From contig NC_086097.1 of assembly GCF_963921235.1 (NCBI RefSeq), forward strand, positions 201,378,001-201,442,000: DNA of 64,000 nucleotides. The letters run 5' to 3'. Numbering within the stretch: position 1 is the stretch's first letter; every line of letters begins with the position of its first letter. The translations under genes and the position numbers were made by a program. The notes below the pieces were generated by a model. It searched no databases, was not told the DNA's origin, and was given only the letters and a program-made list of their open reading frames with translations. Origin of the DNA: Mobula hypostoma (taxonomy: Eukaryota). This document shows positions 52,147 through 63,303 of the stretch, in pieces.

Positions 52147-53200
52147 CAACACACACAAAATGCTGGAGGAACTCAGCGGCCAGGCAACGTCTATGGAAAA
52201 GAGTAAACAGTTGATGTTTTGGGCCGAGACCCTTCATCAGGACTGGAAAGGAAAGAAAGTTGTCAGAGTAAGGAGGTGGGGGGAGGGGAGGAAGAAGTAC
52301 AAGGTGGCAGGTGATAGATGAAACCAAGAGAAGAGTAGGGGTTGAAATAAAGAGATGGGAAGTTGATTGGTGAAAGAGATAAAGAGCTGGATGAGGAAAG
52401 ATCCCTGTGGAAAATGGGAGGAGGGAAAGATGTGCTTGGTGGCGGGTTCCCACCGAAGATGGTGGAAGTTATGGAGAACTATGTGCTGGACACAGAGGCT
52501 AGTGGGTGGTAGGCGATCTGTAGGATCACTCCCTATGCAACTCACTTGTTCACTCATTGCTCCCCACTGACGTCCCTCCTGGTAGTTATCCTTGTAAGTG
52601 GAGTAAGTACCAGAGCTGTCCCTACACCTCCTCCATCACAACCAATCGGGCCTTTAAGCAGTCCTTCCAGGTGAGGCGACACATTCACCTGCGACTCTTT
52701 TGGAGTTATCTGTCGTATCCAATGCTTCCAGTGCAGCCTCTTAGTGAGACCCAATGTAGGTTGGGAGACTGCTTCGCTGCGCACCTTCGCTCCATCTGCT
52801 GCAAAAACTGGATTCTCCCGGTGGCGACCTATTTCAGTTCTACTTTCCATTCCCATTCCAACATGTCAGTCCATGGCCTCCTCTACTGCCACAATGAGGC
52901 CACACTCAGGTTGGAGGAGCATCACCTCATATTCCATCTGAGAAGCCTCCAACCTGATGGCGTGAATATCGATTTCTTGAACTTCTGGTAATTACCCCCA
53001 CCTCCTCCTCACCTTCACCATTCCTCATTCCTATTTCCCCCCCTCACCTTATCTCCTTAACTACCCATCACCTCTCTCTCTGGTGCTCCTTCCCCTTCCC
53101 ATCTTCCATGGTCTTCTGACCTCTCCTATCAGATTCCCCCTTCTCCAGCCCTTTATCTCTTTTACCAATCAACTTCCCAGCTCTTTGCTTCACCCCTCAA
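52147..53200. mobile_element. Penelope-like element with inverted structure (minus-strand 3' end joined to plus-strand GIY-YIG region)
   Basis: ORF 52557-52991 contains ETQCRLGDCFAAHL..MSVHGLLYC..LEEHHLIF..LQPDGVNIDF. Reverse-oriented decayed hammerhead at about 52209-52245. Confidence 0.82.
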
Positions 53201-53605
53201 CTGCCACCTTGTATATAAATCAGGTGATTTCCTGACAGACATTCTTTCAGAAATGGTATTATCATTGAGTATCTTTTTTTAAAACCTTCTCCAAATATTC
53301 TCTTTCCTAATTATGTTGATGCGCTCAAAACATCTTGAAGACTGATATAACATCTCCATTGGGCCTGGCACTGGCCTGTCTCCAGTGACTCTGACACCGC
53401 GGCCCTTGAGGATTCAAAGTGACAGTGGTACCTTGAATCCTGTTTTTATGAACACATATAATGAACATTATAACCTCAGTGCAAACAGCAGAAGGGGGAT
53501 ATAAGCTGTCTCTCCACATGTCCTATCAAGCACCAGCTGCCTCATCTGTGGTAAAATCTAAGGTTCATCAGTCACCTCAGAATCCACAAAACTGAAATGG
53601 AAGAA

Positions 53606-53651
53606 AGTCATCCACAGTCCTGTGGAACGACCCACAGGACTGTGGATGACT
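53606..53651. repeat. Perfect 20-bp inverted repeat with 6-nt loop
   Basis: agtcatccacagtcctgtgg-aacgac-ccacaggactgtggatgact. Confidence 0.9.
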
Positions 53652-54024
53652 GTAAGCAAAGATACATTGTTTTCATCAATCATAAAGTTACTAATGATTC
53701 TATAAGCAAGTGAAAAGAACCCTCTTTACCTAATGATAGTGACGGGAAAATTATTTCTCCATATAGTATAAAGGAAAAACTAGATAACAAAGCAAGGAAC
53801 AAAATGATATTCTGAACAAGTTGAATACAAGGTTGTACGTGGAGGTTTCAGTGAAACACTAACATTGACCTGATGGCTCTATTGTGTTGTATCTGCAGTG
53901 CTGAATCTAAGCAATAATCAGAGAAATTTTATCCGCTCTATGCTTAATATATATAATCTCTTGGGGGGCGGGGAGCAAAACGTAATTATATAAATATATT
54001 CCATCTAATTTCTCTGATACTCAC

Positions 54025-54200
54025 AACGCACTTCCCGAGGCTGTACCCCACAGCCAGTCAATCAGTGCAGCAACTGCTGAGTGTTAGCGTCTCGCTCCGG
54101 GACCGTCCCCAGTTACCAAGCAGCACCTGTAACCACGGCAACAGCGCATCCAACACCTGCACACAGCTCCTACCATCGGTGCCGAAACAATTAAACATTT
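54025..54200 (-). other. CCDC178: CCDC178 non-coding exon 1 (5' boundary approximate)
   Basis: Consensus donor TGCGTT|GTGAGT at 54025/54024 in a CpG-richer unique region. An in-frame TGA lies 36 nt before the donor with no ATG after it, so this is 5'UTR. The TSS cannot be determined from sequence. Confidence 0.6.
54112..54142. promoter_or_regulatory. RFX X-box pair at the CCDC178 5' end
   Basis: GTAACCACGGCAAC (54129-54142) fits GTNRCC-N0-3-RGYAAC. GTTACCAAGCAGC (54112-54124) is a one-mismatch second site. Confidence 0.65.
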
Positions 54201-54260
54201 CCAGCAAAGTTACAGCCTTCCGAGCGTGAAAATGACCCATTTCCCGAAAAAAAATCTTTG

Positions 54261-54322
54261 CTATATATATAAAAACAAATCATTCCGCTGTAGACGTTAT
54301 GTCTCGTTGGAATATCGCGAGA
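54261..54322. promoter_or_regulatory. Core promoter motifs between the divergent genes: TATA run and TMTCGCGANR (BANP/CGCG) motif
   Basis: ctatatatataaaaa at 54261-54275 and TATCGCGAGA at 54313-54322, in locally CpG-enriched unique sequence. Confidence 0.5.
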
Positions 54323-54563
54323 TGTGAGAAAGGGAAGCGGGGTAAGGAATGGGTGAATCAGCGGCGCCAGGGATGCCGGGTATTGTATTGTTTTGGACTG
54401 AGGGGAGGAGGGGATGGAAGAGCTGTCAGCTGGAGGGTGCAGGCGGGGGAGCTGTCTACTGTATGTTGTTTGCTAGTGTAGTCCTTTGCTGGTTGTCTAT
54501 TCCGTTTTCCATTCATCCCCAAAATAAACAATTACATATTCTGAGTGAAAAAGGAAAAAAAGA

Positions 54564-54617
54564 ATGAAAGACAAAAGGAAAAAGAAGGACCGCACTTGGG
54601 CTGAGGCGGCCCGTTTG
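54564..54617 (+). CDS. ASXL3: ASXL3 first coding exon (Polycomb PR-DUB subunit, start of HARE-HTH domain)
   Basis: ATG AAA GAC AAA AGG AAA AAG AAG GAC CGC ACT TGG GCT GAG GCG GCC CGT TTG|gtatgc encodes MKDKRKKKDRTWAEAARL, matching the ASXL3 N-terminus as I recall it. Phase-0 GT donor at 54618. Adjacent and divergent to CCDC178, as in human synteny. Confidence 0.93.
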
Positions 54618-57030
54618 GTATGCCTTTTTTTTCTTCTTTTATTTTTAATCAAATCCAGGTCAGGTCAGAGCCCAGCGGATACAGCAACTGCTGTTGTCTG
54701 CCTAGGGCTTTGTTTACTGAGTATGCATCAACGAAACTGAGCTCTTGTTTCGTAAAGTTTCCTTAAGGTGATGCAGAGTCTCTGACTAATTTTAAGCTAT
54801 CTTCCTAGATCACAGTGATATAATAGGAGTTTGTGTTGTGAAACAAAATCGCATACAATAAATTATTAGCCCTCTCAAAAGCTTGCACCGTTTCCACTTG
54901 ATTAAAGTGTTAATCGACATACAATTTAGCCAGTAAGGACAGATTTTCCTGAAACTAAGATAATGTGTAAAAGCAAATATTGTGCATGATACGAATGTCC
55001 TCCTAGCATAGTGCCACATAAAAACACACATTTTCTACTATCACTTGATGCTGCCTCACTACCATGTTTACATCTCAGTAACTAAGGAACGGAGCAGTGG
55101 GAATAAAGTTCTAAACTCAGAGTTTGATAAAGATAGAAACAAATTTAATTTAATTCATCGGATATTCAGCCACTAATTAATTTGCATTCCCCTGTAACTA
55201 TTCTCAGTAGCTACCTTGCCTTTCAGCACAGAGATGATAAGCCATAAGATGGTAGTCTAATTTTGAAATATTATAAAGAACGTTAAATTATAAAGATTAG
55301 CATTAGAAGAGAAGAAGTCCCGATTGGGAAGCAAACACCCAATATGGGTAGATTAGAGAAAGTGTTCTCAGCTTATGACTGCCTTATGTCTGATCAACCA
55401 CTATTCTATAGCCAAAACCGAAAAAAATACGATTCACAAACCCCCGCAGCACTTTTTTTATAAGTTTTTCAAACAAAACTGTAGTTGTCTTGTACATTTG
55501 TTGTATATGTGTCCTTTCTTTCCCCTTTCACTGTTGCAGATATAGTAAAGTGATTGGATTGGATTTGTAAAGAAGACTGAAGCAGCAAAGTAACATTTCA
55601 TTTCATATTCTGCAACTTCAGTGTCTGCTTTTATATTTGGTAATTTCCAAGTAAAGCGCTGTAATTGATATGCAATATTTTTTGAGACGGAATGTAGCAA
55701 ATCAACATATTTTAATTTACAGATGAAGTGTGAAAGCTTGAAGGGTGGCAGACTCTTTCCGAGATGATGTGGATGACTCCCTTGATTTAGAATGCATTGC
55801 TCAAATCACTTTATATATTACTTGAGGAACAGCTCCAGTGGAATGGAATTTGATATATTTATGTGCGTTTATACGAATCATCGAATTAGAAGTTTAAAAG
55901 TGATTTGTAAGAATTTTCTTGGAATTCCTTTACTAAGTGTTAAAAATTACTTTGGTGCTATAGAAAAAATATTGAGACTGGGAGGAGAGCATGTGAGACC
56001 ATTGTGAATGATATATGAGCAAGCACCATAGATTGAGAATTACACTGGCAACAAAGGGAGACCCTTCACAGAAAAGGGACAATGGAAGAAAGAGGTCAAG
56101 GTTTTCATTCTTTTGAGTTTTTTTAAAATTTGAAATTCAAATGTGTTAAACACATCATTTGGGGTGTAAATTATATTTTCTTTTGCTGTCAAATGGCTGC
56201 AAAGTCAAAAGGCTTTTCTGTGCATTTCTGAGTCTTCCCATTCACATGTGTGAATGCATTACAGTCACGAAACAACTGTGGGCTCAATTGGAGCTGATCA
56301 AATAAGTGTTCCAAAGGAGTATCCCTTGGAAAATTAACTATTGTTTTCATTGGTGTGATAATTTAAGATCCTCAAAATCTTAATTGTTTTACAGTTTCAT
56401 AGGCTAAAAGATCTGTTATTAGTGTTGTTCAGCATCTGGCCTGCTTGTAATTTAAGTATATTCTCCTTTCTCATTATTGATATTCAAAATATATAGTATG
56501 TCAATATATGGCCTGTGTACTCTGTAAGGTTTTGTAATATGTGCATATAATGTTTGTATGCTATAACTTCAGAAGAAAGATTTGTTTAATTTTATTTGTG
56601 AGATATTTGTTAGTGATATTACATTAATGTCCAACTTTGGCTTTAAAAATATTGAGACAATGGTGAGATAATGCTACGTATTTTGTAGTGTGTTGGACAA
56701 AGGCATTATGGAATTTGATTTAGAAGTGTTGAAGAGCTGGTAATATATTTTCAAATTGTGGTGGGTGGTATGTGACTTGGAAGGGATATTGTAAGCCATG
56801 GTATTCCCAGATTTTCTCTGGGAGTTGCGATGTCATAAAAGTGGATTGCTGTTGTAACAGTGCATTTTGATGGAGTGAAAATATTTAGGATGATTTGATA
56901 ATCCAGTCAAGTTAGCTGCATTGTCCTGCAGGCTTCACTGAGTCGTACAGTGCAGAAATAGGCACTTCACCCATTGTCTACTTTGATCCTCAAGTACCTA
57001 TTTTTACTCATTCCATTTACCAGTTCTTGA

Positions 57031-57226
57031 AACACACATCAAAGTTGCTGGTGAACGCAGCAGGCCAGGCAGCATCTCTAGGAAGAGGTACAGTCGACGT
57101 TTCAGGCCAAGACTCTTCCTGAAATGTCGACTGTACCTCTTCCTAGAGATGCTGCCTGGCCTGCGCGTTCACCAGCAACTTTGATGTGTGTTGCTTGAAT
57201 TTCCAGCATCTGCAGAATTCCTGTTG
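57031..57226. mobile_element. Fold-back Penelope-derived mini-element (copy 4, opposite orientation)
   Basis: Inverted arms centred within hammerhead stem II. TSD tttaccagttcttga at 57016-57030 and 57227-57241. Confidence 0.9.
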
Positions 57227-57289
57227 TTTACCAGTTCTTGATCTGGGTTTTTTTATTATATCTTGGCAACTCAGTGACTCACTAGATAT

Positions 57290-60200
57290 TTAAATGTCGT
57301 GAGAGTCTCTACCTCCACCACTGAGGCAATGTGTTCCAGATTCCAACTACCCTTTGGGTGATTTTTGTTTTTCCTTTCAGATCCACTCTAAACATCTTAC
57401 CACTTGCCCTAAATCATTTGGACACCTCTGCCAAGAGGAAAAGTTCTACTACCTACTTGACCTGGGGCTTTCATAATTCTATGTACTTCTCACAGGCATA
57501 AACAACCTTTCCTCCTCCTATTACAAGACAATTATAGAGCTTTGGATCTCTTTGGGCTCAAACCTTTTGGACCAGTCTCAGTTTCTCACGTGTGACCTCT
57601 GCAAACACATTATGGAAGTTTGAGTAGATTGTACTAACTGTATTACTCTTATCAGTGCAGTATATCAATCTCTTAAACATACAATCAAATTTGTTAGACA
57701 GAATCTCCCACTGACAAACCTAAATCTTTCATTATTCCCTGCTTTTCCAAGTGTTCCAACCACAGATGTTTGATGTACTGGCATAAAAATATTATAGAAC
57801 TTTATCATCCCACTCCTTGAAAGTTTCAATTCCACAAGCCTCATCCTTAGTGAATACAAATGAACAGTGTTCATTTAAGATTTTACCCACATCTTCTGAT
57901 TCCACATACAGTTTGCCAGGTTGGTCCCTGATGGGCATTATTCTTTGCCTGCTGACCCTCGTGTTATACTTACATAATGCTTTAATATTTTCCTTCATCT
58001 TTTCTGCCAGTAGTATTTCATATACCATTTTGTCCTCCTAATTTCTTTTTCATCTACTGACATATTCTCTAGAATATCTCCCTTTTCGGTTCTTCATACC
58101 TGTTGTGTATTTTCTTTATTGCTCTATCCAGCCTGTAGTATCTCATAATATCCCAAGTTCATAATACCTATGAACTTGCTGCTCTTTTCATTCATAAGAA
58201 ACATTTTGGCTCTGAGCTCTAGGTATTTAGCCATTAAATGACTCCAACTACAAACGGTAGATATAGACTTTATTTCAAGTAGTTGCCCCCCAGCCTACTT
58301 ATGATACTGAACCACCCTAGCATGTTAAATTCCAACCTGTATTTAACCTTTTCCATAAGTGTCTTGAACTGAGTTATAGTTGTCATTTGTAATATCTCTC
58401 TCATTTGCCTGACTACTGTCTCCAAGAGAGAATCCAGTAATAGCCCTTCTCCAGTAGGTCTATCTATGTACTTGCTCAAAATGCTTTCCTGGATGTATTT
58501 TTAAAAAAATACACCCCTCTAAACCTTTCAAAGTAAGATGATCCCAATTAATATGAAAGAAATTGTTTAAAAAAACTACCTCTCTAACTCTATTACTTGT
58601 TATACCGCTCTGATTTTCCTGCAAATATACTTCTCATCTCCTGTTGATTGTTAGGAGCATGTAATATGCCCAGAAAATAGGGATCCACCCATTGGCTTCA
58701 TTGGATGAGCCATCTTGGATAACCTTTGATTATTCAGCACTGGAGTCCTTATTCAATAATGCAGTGCTATCTCTTTTTGATTCTCCAAACCCTTGAAGAT
58801 TCCCATATCCAAAATTGTTGAGTTACCCATCCTATCTTCCTTTCAACCTCTCTGTGACAGCAACAATATTGTAATCCCATGTTTTGATTAATGCTCCAAA
58901 TCTATCTACCTTAGTAGTCAGACTCCATGCATTAAAGTAGATGCAGTTTAGCCTTGCTCTCTTTCTGTGTGGTTGTCATGCATGTGTCTCCTCTGCCATC
59001 TGGACTGACATAATTTTTGTACAGTCATTGTATCATACAGCGCAGAAATGGGTCCTTCAGCCAACCATGTTCCTGCTGATCATAGCATTTATTTGTATTT
59101 GTCCCACTTACCCCCATTTGGTCCATCGACCTGTGTGACTTGGTAATTCACAGAACATAGTACAGTATAGCACAGGAACAGGCCCTTTGGCCCATAATGT
59201 TGTGCCGAACCAATTAGTAATCAAATAGTCAACTAAATTAATCCCTTTGCCTACACAATGTCCACGGTCTTCCATTTTCCTCATATTCATGTGCCTATCT
59301 AAACATCTCTTAAAAGTTCCTAATGTATCTTCCTCTACCTCCTCCCCAGGCAGTGCATTCCAGCTACCCACCACTCTGTATATAAAAAAACTTGCCTCTC
59401 ACATCTCCTTTGAAATTACCCCCTCTCACTTTGAATATATTCCCTCTGGTGTTAGACATTTCAACTCTGGGGGAAAAGATACTGTTTTTTTACTCTATCT
59501 GTGCCTCTCATAATCTCATAAACCTCTATCACATCTCCTGTCAGCCTCCACTGCTCCAGAGAAAACAACCCTAGTTTTTCCAACCTCTCATTATGGCACA
59601 TGCACTCTAAACCAGACAGCATTCTGGTAAACCCATTTGCACCTTCTTTAACCCTCGACATGCTTCCCATAATGGGGTTACCAGAACGGTTTGAATACTC
59701 CATTTGTAGTCTAACTAGTTTTATAAAGGTGCAACATAACATCCTGACTTTTGAATTCAATGCTTGGTCTAATAAAGCAAGCATGTCTTATGTTTCTTAA
59801 CCAGTGTATCAAATTGTGTAGCCACTTTTAGTGAGCAATAAACTTGGACCCCCAAGATCCCTTCACTCACCCATACTGTTAAGGGTCTTAACCGTGCACT
59901 GTGTCTTCACATTTGACCTACGAAGGTGCAACACCACACTCGATCTGCCATTTGTCAGCCCATATGTGCAACTGATCTATATCTACTTTATTTTTTGCCA
60001 GTCTTCTGTGCAATGCACACCACTAGCAATCTTCATACTATCTGCAAATTTATGAGCCCACCCATCTACATTTTCATCCAGGTCATTGATGTACATCATA
60101 AACATCAAAGATTCCAGTATAGATCCCTTCAGAACACCACTAATCACAGACCACCAATAAGTCCCTTTAACCACTACCCTCTGCCTTCTGTAGGTAAGCT

Positions 60201-61723
60201 AGTTCTGAAGCCAGACAGCCAATTCACTATTAATCTTATGCATTTTAATCTTCTGGATGAGCCTCCCATGAGGGACCTTGTGAGACGCATTACTACAATA
60301 ACCACAGCTTTGCCTCCATTAATCACCCTCATCATCTCGTCATAAAATTCAATCAAGTTAGTAAAACAAATACCATACTGGGTCCTCATAATTAGGCTAT
60401 GGTTTTCCAAATGCTCATAAATCCTATGCCTAACAATTCTCTCCTGTAATTTCCGTGCCGTTAATGTGTAACTCTCTGGTAAACAGTTTCTGGGATTATC
60501 CCTTGTTCCCTTCTTGAATAATGCGACATTAGCTACTTGCCAGTCCTCTAGGATCTAGCCTATGGCTAGCGAAGATACAAAGATATTGAGCAAAACCCCA
60601 GCAATCTTTTCTCTTACCTTTCTCAGTAACCTTGGTTGTATACCATCAGGCCTTAGGGACTTATCCACCTCATTGCTATTTAAGAGACCCAGCACTACCT
60701 TCTCCTTTACTCTGAAATTCCTGAGCATATTGATACACTTGGCACTGGTCTCCATATCCTCCATGTGCGTCTCTGGTAAATACTGATGTAAAGTACTCAT
60801 TAAGAACCTCAGCCACATCCTCCACATTGAAACAAGTTCTTCCGCCCCCTCCCCCGCCCATCCTTGAGTAATCCAACCATCTCCTTAGTTATCCTCTTGC
60901 TCCTAATGAATGTATAGAATGCCTTGGGATTCTCTTTAATCCTACTTGCCAAAAATGTTTCATGCCCCCCTCCCCCTGGCTTTCCTATTTCCCTTCCTGA
61001 GTTCTTTCCTGGTGAAGGGAATTCAGGTGTGTTTACATGCTGCTTAAATATTGTCAGAAATCTGACTCCATCACTTCTTCAGGAGACAAATTCCAGATTC
61101 TAGCCACTCTCTGTGTGGGGAAAATAATCAGAGCCCTTCTAAACTTCCTAGCTCTCATCTTATACATAATTTCTCTTGTTTTAGTTATACTTACCAAGGA
61201 GAAAATATTTGTACATTGTCTATTTCCTTCATATTTTTGTATAGATTTGTCAGGTGACCCCTTAACATTCCTCAGTAAAGCAAAACCAGATCCAATTTAT
61301 CCAGTTTCTTTTCGCTGAAGACGTGCTCCAATCCAGGCAACATCCTGGTGGCTCTCCATTGCACATTTCTAATGCAATTACTTCCTTTCCACAGTGTGGC
61401 AACCGGAACTGCATACAACACTCCAGGTCTAATCAGTGTTTTACAGTGCATCACTGCTCTGAACTGTGTGCTATGGCTGTTGAAGGCAAACATCCCAAAT
61501 GCCTTTTTCACTACTCTATTTATCTCTGTCATTTTAGAACCTATGGACTTGTACCCAAAGTTTATTCTGTTCATCAGCACTGCCTGGGACTCTGCTGTTC
61601 CCTGTACATGTCCTACCCTTGTTTTACTTTCCAAAATGCAGCACTTTTCAGAATGCAATCCTATCTGCCATCTTTCCAGCTCATCAATATCATGCTGTGG
61701 TATCAAACCATCCACTTTGCTAT
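57290..61723 (-). mobile_element. Cluster of degenerate CR1 fragments in ASXL3 intron 1
   Basis: Minus-strand GVLKGSIL, YINDLDE, KFADS, CFTNLIEF and WNALP motifs. Confidence 0.75.
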
Positions 61724-61831
61724 TGTTGGATTCTGATATTTTTGATCCAAGGTTCAAATCAAGAAAGAGGCATAAAGCTGTTTGCTTCACTATCGTTTTA
61801 TTAAATATTAGTAAGAAAAATAAAATTAGAA

Positions 61832-62364
61832 CAACAGGAATTCTGCAGATGCTGGAAATTCAAGCAACACACATCAAAGTTGCTGGTGAACGCAGCAGGC
61901 CAGGCAGCATCTCTAGGAAGAGGTGCAGTCGACGTCAGGAGCATGAACATCGACTTCTCTCACTTCCGCTAATGCCCCACCTCCTCCTCGTACCCCATCT
62001 GTTACTTATTTTTATACACACGTTCTTTCTCTCACTCTCCTTTTTCTCCCTCTGTCCCTCTGAATATACCCCTTGCCCATCCTCTGGGTTCCCCCCCCCA
62101 CCCCTTGTCTTTCTTCCCGGACCTTCTGTCCCATGATCCTCTCGTATCCCTTTTGCCAATCACCTGTCCAACTCTTGGCTCCATCCCTCCTCCTCCTGTC
62201 TTCTCCTATCATTTTGGATCTCCTCCTCCCCCTCCAACTTTCAAATCTCTTTCTCACTCTTCCTTCAGTTAGTCCTGACGAAGGGTCTCGGCCTGAAACG
62301 TTGACTGCACCTCTTCCTAGAGATGCTGTCTGGCCTGCTGCATTCACCAGCAGCTTTGATGTGT
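61832..62364. mobile_element. Penelope insertion with inverted terminal arm (copy 5), inside the ERV LTR
   Basis: TSD aaaataaaattagaa at 61817-61831 and 62365-62379. The right part carries the Penelope ORF end (MNIDFSHFR*), a pyrimidine-rich 3'UTR and a hammerhead motif. Confidence 0.88.
62271..62306 (+). ncRNA. Minimal hammerhead ribozyme motif, intact core
   Basis: agtc-CTGACGA-agggtctcggcct-GAAA-cGTT-gact. Confidence 0.72.
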
Positions 62365-63303
62365 AAAATAAAATTAGAAATGGGGAATAGCAACAGAAAG
62401 TCTTAAGATAGTGGGCCAATCTGATCGGCCCATCTTGTACCATAGAAAAAAGACATTCAATTCAAATTTGTAGATAAGAATTAGCCAATCTGATACTGCA
62501 ATACCAAAGCACCTTCCTGAATAATACAAAAAACTATAACCACTAGGGGGCCCAATGAACTTGTTACATCCACCTGTTAGGGTGCATTCTCCAGATACCT
62601 TATAAGGTAACCGTAGCCTTCAGCCAGGAGGAGATGTCATTAGGTGGTTCCCAACCTTCACGGAGTGTTTTGACCCTTAACCACGACCCACTCCAGTTGG
62701 TGGGCCGGCAGTGGTGGCCAATTCACTGCGCATCTGTTCTTGGCTTCCAGCTTCCCGCCTCTCGCCTACTCCAAATCCAACAAGAGGCTCGTTCTGCTTC
62801 TTCCCCCATCCTACAAGCTGCTTGTTTTTTCCCTTTCGTCCAGGCCTAGAGCTGACAACAGCCACCATGCTGATTTGGCTGGGAAACCTCTGCAGCTGAT
62901 CTCCACAAGGAACAACCATGCCTGCCATCCCTTGTCTTTGCACTCCTGCACTAAAGGCTGGTACTTCAAGGCCGTTCTCTTGTGGGCCTCTTCTCATCCC
63001 TCCTCCGGCGGCACAGTCAGCTCAACCAGAATTATTTTCCTGTCTTCAGTATGCTGTGACCATGAGAAGACAGACTGAAAAATTTCATGTAGGTAGATAT
63101 TTATAAGCAGGCATAAAAATAGATAAATTGCAAAGAAAATAACAATTATATAGTCTAATCCAAAATTCTCTCCTTTGATTCTAAATCACACATTTAGAAT
63201 CATTACAGTACATCTGAAAATTCAGAGGCAGAAAAAATTATGGTATCTATGTGGTATAAAATATTCAAAAAATTACCAAGGTTATGGAAATATCAAAGGG
63301 TAT

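Larger units (their letters stand above)
61724..63165 (-). mobile_element. Endogenous retrovirus 3' LTR (about 890 bp without the Penelope insert)
   Basis: Inverted termini tgttggatt (61724) and aatccaaaa (63157-65). Polypurine tract AAAGGAGAGAA (minus strand, 63166-63176) directly upstream, TATA-like TTATAA near 62600 and AATAAA near 61797-61802 on the minus strand. Interrupts a CR1. Confidence 0.75.

Noticed and set aside
55299..55350. GCATTAGAAG...AAACACCCAAT, superficially like ASXL3 exon 2 (ALEKHPN...)
   Set aside because: The translation does not continue as SPMTAKQILEVIQKE and there is no proper acceptor. Exon 2 is probably beyond the window.
61348..62136. 262-aa plus-strand ORF
   Set aside because: It runs across antisense CR1, the LTR end and a Penelope insertion, so it is a chance chimeric frame.
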